Source of the DNA: Seison nebaliae
Lineage: Eukaryota
DNA: 20,000 bases
NCBI GenBank assembly: GCA_023231475.1
Contig: JALJEE010003038.1
Span: 112,619-132,618 of the forward strand
Reading direction: 5' to 3'
The notes below the pieces were generated by a model that was given only the letters and a program-made list of their open reading frames with translations, had not been told where the DNA came from and did not search any database. Positions within the stretch are counted from its first letter, which is position 1, and every line of letters starts with the position of its first letter. Made by a program: the position numbers and the translations under genes. Below, one piece after another: positions 1 to 8,863 of this stretch.

Positions 1-1
1 A

Positions 2-805
2 TGGATAGTTCTTCTTATTTTGTGGATGTGTTCACTCTTCACATCCATAATCATCTCGTTCGTATGGTCAAGTAAATCAAGATTCTATCGAGTTGAGAAA
101 CAATGTGATTTCTTATATAATGATTGTAATAAGAATTGGTATCAATCATTTTATGAAACGAACACTACATGTTCAACAAATCAACATCAAGCTAATCAGA
201 GTCTCTTATTTTATAACTTTTTATTCCACTATTTATTTCCATCAGTCATCTGTTTCATCTTCCTGTTAATGGTGAGGAAAAAAATCAAGAGACAACAACG
301 AATTCAACCAATATATTCTGAAATTAATTTCAATCCTAGTTTTTCCCAAAATTCTTCACCTGCTAATGATTATTTGACGGAAGAACAAAGTGAAATGAGT
401 AGTACGGTGACAATAAATGAGAGTGAGATTAGAGAGAATCAGAATAATCCGAAATTTAAAGCAACCATTTTCAATGATTCCATAACAATTCAATTAATCA
501 TTTTATTCGTTTTCCAGACAGGTGGTTTATTACCACTTTGGATATGTCAATTTCTCAGATATTATAAGTTTGAAGATATCACTGCTACCATCGAACTCAC
601 ATCGCCCTCTGTCGATTTGAGACAATTGGAAGATAAGAGACATTATATTTGGATGGTCTTATATTTCTGTTCAGTCTGGTTATCTTATATAACACTACTC
701 ATCTTCAAACCAATCATTCTTATTATATCGAGTAAACAAATCAGGAAATCTTTTCATCGTTCGTTCGAATGTCGAACATTCCGACGGAATTATCGTTTCA
801 AATAA
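2..805 (+). CDS. Class A (rhodopsin-like) GPCR, C-terminal part (TM4-TM7 plus helix 8), 5' end outside window
   Basis: Frame is open from position 2 (WIVLLILWMCSLF...). It shows TM4 with Trp, a Cys-containing extracellular loop, TM5 LLFYNFLFHYLFPSVICFIFLLMV, a long polar ICL3, TM6 ITIQLIILFVFQTGGLLPLWICQFL, TM7 ...WLSYITLLIFKPIILII and a helix-8-like SKQIRKSF. Canonical motifs are divergent. Confidence 0.7.
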   Translation, partial: WIVLLILWMCSLFTSIIISFVWSSKSRFYRVEKQCDFLYNDCNKNWYQSFYETNTTCSTNQHQANQSLLFYNFLFHYLFPSVICFIFLLMVRKKIKRQQRIQPIYSEINFNPSFSQNSSPANDYLTEEQSEMSSTVTINESEIRENQNNPKFKATIFNDSITIQLIILFVFQTGGLLPLWICQFLRYYKFEDITATIELTSPSVDLRQLEDKRHYIWMVLYFCSVWLSYITLLIFKPIILIISSKQIRKSFHRSFECRTFRRNYRFK

Positions 806-854
806 ATCTGTTCGTAATTTATTCACAGTAAGTTATATTGAAATGGAATGATTT

Positions 855-1411
855 TTATGATTTCACTTTTATCATCATCATCTTCTTTTTTTCCAACTTT
901 TTCACTCTCTTACTCTTCCCAAATATCCTTCCAATCTCTTCTTCCTTTCGATGCGACAAACATTTACTTTTCAAAATCCTATTTGTTCTTCAGAAAAAGA
1001 AATGTATAAAATTAAGTTAAAATAAAGTAATTTTACTCACCGAATTCTATGGCACTTCGTTTCATGTGATTCCAATTTACATATTTTCTCTTTTTTCTCA
1101 TTATCCTTATTCGACGTTTGGAGACTGGAAAGAACATCCTCAAAATTATCCAGGTGAGTTGTCCATGGTAAACTGTTTGACTGTTCTTTATTCTTATCAG
1201 TGAACACTTTCTTCTGAGTTGGAGTAATTGCTGAAGAGATTCCATCTTTATTCGACCCTAGACCATCACCATCCTTCCATCCCATTTTACTCAATAAGCG
1301 AAGACCAATTCCGTCTAAGAATTTATAAACTTATAATGAAGTTAATAACAAAAAACCCTTCTTTTTCAAGTCCGTTCCATTCGGATTAGGACCATAGCAC
1401 ACTTTTCCCAT
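855..1411 (-). CDS. PINX1: PIN2/TERF1-interacting telomerase inhibitor 1-like G-patch protein; 3 exons (1411-1357, 1314-1041, 987-855), 153 aa
   Basis: Spliced product MGKVCYGPNPNGTDLKKKDGIGLRLLSKMGWKDGDGLG...LPWTTHLDNFEDVLSSL...RILKSKCLSHRKEEEIGRIFGKSK. This matches remembered PINX1/Pxr1 motifs (G-patch KMGW..G.GLG; W..HQDDF..LL..L; K.KDLS....LDCIFG). Introns of 42 and 53 nt preserve frame. Confidence 0.85.
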
Positions 1412-1899
1412 GACAATCTTTTATATTTTTATTAATGTACATTCAGCCAAAATCTTATTTTTACATATTTTTTTTGTTTTCATCGCCATCAATGAAATAT
1501 CATTAGTGACGGTCAGCTTCGTTAATACTATTGTAACGAGTACGATTATTTTATTTGTGAATAAACGAAATTAACTCTTCAATCAATCGAATGAATATAA
1601 TCCCCAACTGCTCCTTTCTTTTATACTCGTCCCTCGTCAGTTTCTTTATAGGACCTCTCCTTTCTCACATAGGCTCTTCTCTTTATCTCTCTCGCTTTCT
1701 CTTTTCTCATTTTCTTCTTCAGCTGCTCTAAGCCACTCTCACTGTTACAGTATAAAAATAATTATACATCTTTTTATATAGCTACATCAACACATTAGGG
1801 TTAAAGTAGCCTAGGAATGTACCTTAAATATCCATTCAGAAGCCAATTTTGTTTTAAAGTTATCATACATTATTTTTAAGATATTATTCTCTCTTCGTA

Positions 1900-2805
1900 A
1901 CATTGCACGAGCTTCGGACAGATTCGTCGATGCCGTGGACTTTGCTAATTTCTGAGGATCGCGTTAGAAATATCTGGAGTTGAAAAAAGACGGGACTACT
2001 CGAGTAATCGGCAATTTGGTAAGAAATATTTCTGTCGATCTCCATTTGTGAGCCCAAATGTGACGAAATCAAAAATATTCATGTTCCTCGGAGGTTGCAC
2101 AACTTTCTGATTTGCGATGAATTGTTACCACTCACTGTTACCACGTGTGACAGCTAAGCTTACAGAGACCATTTGAAATACATTTGAGATTCAACCTAGA
2201 TTCTTTTCAAAAACTGGTATCATTCTCGTTCTTCAGATATTTGGGGGTTTTGTCATCTTTACTATTATTACAATCAATTGAATTGAGGTGAAATCAATGA
2301 TTTCTATGGTCTCGCAGTCTCATTATCGTCAACTCATAAATCATTACGATCTCTCGATCGAACATACAACAGAACAATACGGATATTACTCGGTTGTGGT
2401 AAACCGGTCAACAGATCCTTCATGTTCTCTATCTCGGAGCTGAAGCCTTTACCACTTCTTCTCGCAGTTAGGTACGTTAAATTACTAGAATCTGCAACTT
2501 CTTCCGATTTTCCGATTCCATCTTTTAATCAATGTGAGATATTCTCTTCTCCTATCAACTTCTTTTCGCTTTATTATTATGTACCTACTTCTATGGAGGA
2601 CGCCCGCTCTATGATTATCGCTTTACTATCTAACATACTTACTTTATCTAACAACTTTATTATCGATTCCTTCATTCCTGACTCTTTACGTACCCACGTG
2701 GATCAAGGCAAATCACTTATTTCCAATAATTCATCTGATGAGTTATCTCGTTTCCTTTTTAATTTACCCCGCGGAGATTTGTTGTATTAATTTTAAAAAA
2801 AAATA
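1900..2805 (+). mobile_element. Decayed non-LTR retrotransposon (LINE) fragment: C-terminal reverse transcriptase/thumb region with A-rich tail
   Basis: Broken frames read FVDAVDF (1923, degenerate F/YADD), YRDHLKYI*, IWG..LYYYYNQL and SLRSLDRTYNRTIRILLGCGKPVNRSFMFSISELKPLPLLLAVRYVKLL. The last resembles the LINE L..L.RIQN...R.I.G...L..L..L thumb motif. There are several in-frame stops and a frameshift, and an A-run follows the stop at 2790. Confidence 0.65.
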
Positions 2806-2946
2806 TCCTTAAGAAATAAAATAATGTTTAATTGAACAGGTAAAGAAAATAAGTTTATTTTAAAATGAGTAAATATTCGGAGTAGAATTATGAATAATTG
2901 GAAAATACTTTCGTAGTAAATATCTGTCAAACCAAAGAATGATATT

Positions 2947-4418
2947 TTATCCCTTAGGAGATGAATGGTTGATATCTATCGAACAATAATCTGTGTTCAG
3001 TCGGGAACTATTCAGAACACTACCGGCAAGACGGTCAACTGAATTATTAAAATTCCCCAACCCATTTGATTGTGTAGGAGATAATAAAGCATAATGATTC
3101 TTCGTTTGGTTGTTCTCTAAAGAATAATTTTGAAAATCATTTGAATCATCTCTTTTCCTTTTAACAAAATTTACGTTACCCAATTTGAATAAAAGGATGA
3201 TTATTATGAGGATGGTAGTTGTCATGAGAAATACTGCACTAGAAATAAATGCATATTTCTTATTGGAAAATTGAAAAAAATCGGATAATGTCGAATCAGA
3301 AATGTCAATAAAGTTCTTTCGTTTTTCTGACAGTTTCGATTTAGCAGGAGGTCGTGAGTGGTTTTCCAAATCAGTATTGATCTGAGAAATATTCGAAGAG
3401 ATAGTTCGTATCTTTATTGTTGCTGTTGTTGCTGATTTGCCTTTTCCCATTAATGGGTAATAAACGGAAAGAATTCCATTTGGTAAAGGATGTAGCAAAT
3501 GATGGAAATATCTATTTGGGTGGAAGATAATATTTCTTTCGCCTTCAGCAAGATTAATGACCGCAAATTCTTGTTGTAGTATTGCTATTTAATGTATATC
3601 ACACATATTTCGATGTTAATATTAAAAAAAAACTTGGATTTTTCTTATTTTTCAAATTGGGAAGAAGAATTTGTAGAATAATTAGAATGATTTTTTGATC
3701 GTTCTAAAAAAGATAAATTGTTTATATAATTTTGAGGAAGATGAATATTAACTCTATAATCGTATTCGTTGTGAATTGAATCGAAATTGATAAATTTGCT
3801 AAATTTGATATAAAATTTTGACGATCGTTTAAATTTTGTAAGACTTCCTTGATCTTTTCCATAAAGACATTGATCCATTTTAATGGTCTGATGTCTGTTG
3901 CTTAATAGGAAATGGTGATTTGTAAAACAGATATTATATTGAAGATTATTTAAGATATTCTTTTCGTTCTGTGGAATTTTAGTATAGCTAGCAAGATAAT
4001 TCTTATTCTGGTTGGAAATTACATTGAAATAAAAAGAGTGTAAAGAATTGAAGATGGCATTAATTTCTTGACATCGATTTCGTGGATGATACATTGTACT
4101 CATTAATTTTAAACAACAACTCTTCAATTGCACTAGTTGATTTTGCGTGAGATGATCTTCGTTGGATTGATAAGAATCTAAAAGACGTTGCACTTGCGAC
4201 CAATTATAGGATAAGGATTTCCCAAATATTCTGTAAAAAGTTGAACGCCATTTTTCCGTTGAGGATGTGAATACGAAATGACGTAATGTCTCACTATTAA
4301 GTATATGTTGACAATGACATGAAACTTCCACCAATTCGTTCTCTATATCAACAGTGACCTCATGGAGAGTATGAAGAGAAGGAATAACAGAGAATATTAT
4401 ATATGGAATCAATATCAT
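2947..4418 (-). CDS. Orphan type I single-pass membrane protein; 3 exons (4418-3753, 3703-3634, 3584-2947), about 457 aa
   Basis: N-terminal hydrophobic leader MILIPYIIFSVIPSLHT. Two 49-nt GT-AG introns join ORFs 3645-4418 and 2947-3498 in frame. TM YAFISSAVFLMTTTILIIIILLF is followed by a basic stop-transfer (VKRKR) and an N/S-rich tail. Confidence 0.6.
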
Positions 4419-5007
4419 TGCTCGTTCTCAGATCAATTTAATTCTGATCGTCAATTATTTAATGAAAATCGATGAGATATTTGATAATTATCACTTATTA
4501 TTCGTTGAAATATGGTGATTAATCCAAATCTGAAATTTTTCAAAATTCCGTTCAAATGGAGAAAAGTTTTTGGAAGTGGAATATTCTTTCCACAATCTCC
4601 ACAAACACTGCGAGTAGTTTGTGAATTGTTCAAATAGCCTATTCATTATCTCCACTTAAAAGGTGATGTGTCAAACGAGAACGTTTGAGATTGTCTGGGA
4701 GTACGTGTTTATAGAGATTTGAGGGATTTTCGTTCACATTAACTCTATTTTCTCTCACAATAATTCAAAGGAATTCGAATAATAATTTTTGACAATGTGT
4801 TCACCTATCGAAGTGTTTTCTTAACTCTCCCAGCCGTAATGGCATCGCATTTCTCGTCTTAGTGAATTGGAAAGAGAATTTTTTGTTTTGTAAGAAACTT
4901 TATTGAACAGACAAAAGAATGAAATAAAATAATTCCGAAAGAATTTTCATGCATCGACGAATATTTTAGGAAAACACTAGATAATTAATTTTAGATTAAT
5001 CACTTCT

Positions 5008-5295
5008 TCAACCTACAGCCATTGTATTTTTGTTTAATGTAGAATAGACTTCCTTCAACAAATGGTCATATTCGTCCACCAATTTGGTAATTTCGAATAG
5101 TTCGGTTTGTACTTCTTTTGGCAATTCTTCAAACTTTTGTCGTGATTCATCCGCAAAAGCATCGATATGCATTGAAACTCTTTCACTGGATGGTTTTCCT
5201 TTCTGATAATAATTCGGAAACATCCATGGAGATAGATTGCAAAGCAATCCGTTCATCAAAATGCAGTATAAAATAAAATGAGTGAAATTAAACAT
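5008..5295 (-). CDS. Small secreted protein of unknown function, 95 aa
   Basis: ATG start, signal-peptide-like MFNFTHFILYCILMNGLLC, then an acidic, probably helical region. No recognised family. Confidence 0.55.
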   Translation of the reverse strand: MFNFTHFILYCILMNGLLCNLSPWMFPNYYQKGKPSSERVSMHIDAFADESRQKFEELPKEVQTELFEITKLVDEYDHLLKEVYSTLNKNTMAVG

Positions 5296-5389
5296 GGAAA
5301 ATATTTTTATTTTTTTATTCTCTTCGCAAAATCTAATTACTTGACAAGTTTCTCTCCGTTTGTATTTCGAATGAATTTGAATGTTGTCG

Positions 5390-5884
5390 TTAACCTTTAT
5401 TTTTGTGGCGCAAAAAGTTGACCAGTTTAACTATATCCGCAACGATCGGTAAGCCAATAATTAAGCTGAGAGTTAGGAAAGCCACATAGCCCAAACCCTG
5501 AGAACTTTTGATGGATGCATCATATTTCGTCTCAGTTTCTGTCACTTCTTCGACCGCTGCAGTTTCAGCTGCTTCTTTCGCTACTTCTTTCTCTTGATCC
5601 ATTATCTCTGCTACTTCTTGCTCTTCATCAACAGTCACTTTATGTGAGAGATGATTATGAAATAATTATTAAACTTATTCAAATAAATAACTGATAGGAC
5701 AAATTTCAAAATGTATCGTTTCAGTTCTAGAAGTTGGACCAACACATTCGACACTCGGTTCATTATCCTTTACACATTCATACACATTTAATCGATCTAT
5801 ATCACAACTCCATTGGTTAGATAATATTGGTTCATATAGTGCCATCAACATAACCAGGAAAAACATTACATAATTCCTCAACAT
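5390..5884 (-). CDS. Small type I membrane protein; 2 exons (5884-5692, 5637-5390), 146 aa
   Basis: Signal peptide MLRNYVMFFLVMLMALYEPILS, a 4-Cys ectodomain, an E/A/T-rich acidic stalk, TM GLGYVAFLTLSLIIGLPIVA and a short basic tail. A 54-nt phase-1 intron (5691-5638) joins the two track ORFs. Confidence 0.7.
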
Positions 5885-6496
5885 TCTTTCTTTCGTTAAA
5901 ACTAACTTAGCTTTTTAGACAATGTATAATCGGTTCTAATAATACTTGCATAAGCAATTCATGTTACCATGGGTGATTTTGGATCGATAAATTCATTGCT
6001 ATGCAAATGACCAGTAATCTTATCGATTTTTTCATTGATTTTTTTATGGATTTTCTAAACAGTTATGTTTTTTACAGTTGCATAACTGACGCATATAATT
6101 CATTATGGACAACTATTAATTTCCTAATTACATTAAATTATTATTATTTCATATTATTCTTATGATAACCGGCGTAAGTTCGTTTATAAACTAATAATAA
6201 TAATAAACAATAAATTGAAGACATAAATATAATTTATATGTATTAATAAAAATGATTGTAGACTAAGAACGAAGTGGAATGAATTAGGAACATGAATATA
6301 TTCCGAACAGAAATTTTCTTAATAATTGAAAAAGTATATATTCGTATTCAAATTGTCTAACTTTCAGAAATGGAATGAACGTTAATAAATAACGTGAACG
6401 TAGAAATGAAGAAATAATTCTTGAAATAGAGAAGTAATAAAATGATTAAATATTGACACGAAGATTCCCTTCGTAGGTTACAAGATATGTTACTGT

Positions 6497-7978
6497 ATGA
6501 TATGGAGAATTTCTTCAATTATTATTTGTCGAATGAGTGACTTTGATTCTATTACTCAATTAACCGACCATCGATGGCAATGTCGATGGAAGACGTTCTT
6601 CCGTACATTGTTCATTTCATTTATCGCCTTATCTGTGGCCGTTGGAGTTTATGTTTCATTATCATTTGCCATTCTCAATCATATGCAATTAACGGAAGTT
6701 TTAAATGAATTATCCAATATGGATATGGAACGATCACCAAATATGGAACATCATCAAATGAAACTTCCAAATGGAGGAAAAGTGATGAATTTTTCTTGCT
6801 TAAAAGAAACGCCGATCAATTTTGTAGTGGGAGGTGTCTCCGAACCATTTTTTATTCTGTTATTTTACATTTATTTGTTTCTTTTATAAATTAGTCGATT
6901 TCAGTGATAAAGCATCGGGTCATTTACAGGGTTTCTTCATAGATTTAGCTGAGTTAGTGTGTCGTGAAGCTAACGAAGAATTACGGACAATTTCAAATGA
7001 AACGAATTATAAATGTAGTTTCACATTCTCCCAAGAAGAACAATTATGTTCAGAACTGAATGAACAGAAAAAGAATTATGGTTATTATATTATGTTATTA
7101 TTTATTATTATACAACAACTATTTTTAACGATACGCAGATTATGACGGATGTCTCTTGTATTATCATTCGCATGTTAGATTCATGAAGAATCATACAAGA
7201 AGATGTGCTACAATGAAACCTGTGGAATTGACACATCCGATTACAGCATCATTGTGGACAATGAGATCCATATTTAATGACATGAGAAAAACATTAACTA
7301 TCGGTTAGTATATTATTAGTCTTCAAATATTCTGATGGAAATGAAGGATTATTAAAGAGTCAAATGTGTAATGAATTTGAATTGGTTGAGAAAATATTGA
7401 ATAGTGGCACGAAGGGAGTTCAGATGACACAAACGAAATTTATCCAATTTGATAATTTTCACGACATAGTCGATGCTTTCTATTCGGGAAATGTTTAATA
7501 TTTTTCTACTTTCTATGAAAAACAATTTTCATAGTTAACTCATGTATGTTTATACAACACGTTAGATGATCGATTTAAATTGATGAAAGATGAACGATTT
7601 CTTCTTATCGCTCAAACTATCAGTACACGATTAAGTTCAAACGATAAAATGTTCTCAAAAAACCGTCTGGGACTTCTTCTATTCCATCGGAAAAGTATTT
7701 GTCGCAGTACTAAACATCTGAGAGATAAATTTATGTTACAATTCCATCTACTGCTCAAACGAACGATGAAAAACATCAACGTCGTCAGAAAATTATGTAT
7801 TAGATATAGAAGTTCTATTTAAATATTTAATTCTCCAATTTTCTAAATTTTCTTTTTCTCATTCGCAGTTCCAGGAGAGATTTGTCCTGCTCAAAAGAAG
7901 AAAAGTCGACGACTAACCGGGCTCCAATCGACACTCTACACTCCTAATAAGCATCGAAATGATCTTTATAGAAACTAA
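6497..7978 (+). CDS. Type II membrane-anchored protein with a family-3 solute-binding (PBPb/SBP_bac_3, ArtP/HisJ-like) domain; 6 exons (6497-6833, 6895-7080, 7139-7303, 7347-7492, 7535-7811, 7869-7978), about 406 aa
   Basis: Five short GT-AG introns restore one frame. An N-terminal TM (TLFISFIALSVAVGVYVSLSFAIL) is followed, in family-3 order, by FVVGVDF..DKASGHLQGFFIDLAELVCREA, DYDGCL....R, TLTIGLLKS, FDNFHDIVDAFYSGNLTHV and a C-terminal helix RKLCIRY. Confidence 0.65.
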
Positions 7979-8128
7979 CGGAAGAAAATTATTTCATTTG
8001 TAATGAACATGTCTCAATCACAAACGAATTATCTTTTATTTAATTAATTTGGAATTTTAACTAATAAAAAATTATGATAAAAATAAAGGAAATTTAAAAT
8101 GGAATTGCCGAACTAAAGGTAAAGGTCT

Positions 8129-8311
8129 GGCAAAGGTGGTCAAATTTTTGGTTTAAATTTTTTGGTCGTATTTTCTTTTGAAACTTATCTTACTAGACCA
8201 ACTTTCAATTCTGAACATCGTCATGTGCTCAGAATTTTAAATTTCGGCCAATAAAAAAAGATATTGGACTTTGTTTATTAAAATTTTGAGCTAACATTTT
8301 CAACCTTTGCC
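8129..8311. repeat. Possible MITE-like foldback element
   Basis: Terminal inverted 9-mers GGCAAAGGT (8129-8137) and ACCTTTGCC (8303-8311), plus a central imperfect palindrome AATTCTGAACAT...ATGTGCTCAGAATT (about 8207-8236). Confidence 0.3.
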
Positions 8312-8540
8312 TAATCCATTATCATTAGAATTGAAGGATATGAATATCATACTCCATACTTTATTATTGATAATGTCAAAGTAATATCAGTCCAATTCGA
8401 CTCTTGCCAATTCCAATTTTTGTTCAGTATAATAATAATATAATATTATATTGGGAGATCATGGTTGAAATTCCAAAAAAGTTTGCATCTTTCAATTTCT
8501 AAAGCAAACATTAAAATTACAGAATAGACCACTTGAATTA

Positions 8541-8796
8541 TTACACGTCATAACCTGCTCCAGAATTTACACGTCAATATTTCTGTCTTTATCTTGATCG
8601 ATTACAGGTGAAATCATACAAAATATAGACAACTGGAGATGAGATAAGAGATTAACAACATCACATTAGAAGGATGACGTTTTGATCAACAGATAAAATG
8701 TCTATAACAATTAGATAATAGATAAAATAGATGAAATTCATGTTTGAAATATAAGCTTAATATATTTAAGATGCTCACTCAACATATTCGACGTCA
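8541..8796. promoter_or_regulatory. Cluster of CRE/ATF-type TGACGT half-sites upstream of the 8864 gene
   Basis: TTACACGTCA occurs twice (8541-8550, 8567-8576), TGACGT at 8675-8680 and GACGTCA at 8790-8796, all within 330 nt of the ATG in AT-rich DNA. Confidence 0.4.
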
Positions 8797-8863
8797 CATT
8801 CATCTATAAATTAAGTGGAATTTATAGATAATTTGTCATTTTCCAAAAGAAGAATAGTTCCAA

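Noticed and set aside
838..1245. ORFs 838-1020 (+) and 1033-1245 (-)
   Set aside because: Antisense or alternative-frame shadows of PINX1 exons.
1795..1803. TTAGGGTTA telomere-like motif near PINX1
   Set aside because: Only about 1.5 units; expected by chance.
1738..2141. Shared 11-mer CTCACTGTTAC at about 1738 and 2131
   Set aside because: Short, with no extended similarity or clear element boundary, so not supportable as a TSD or LTR.
4451..4633. 60-aa minus-strand ORF upstream of the 4418 gene
   Set aside because: Non-ATG start, no recognisable motif and no convincing splice link; probably 5' UTR or intergenic.
5008..5295. Neuropeptide precursor reading (YYQKGK amidation site)
   Set aside because: GK is followed by Pro, and there are no dibasic sites or repeated peptides.
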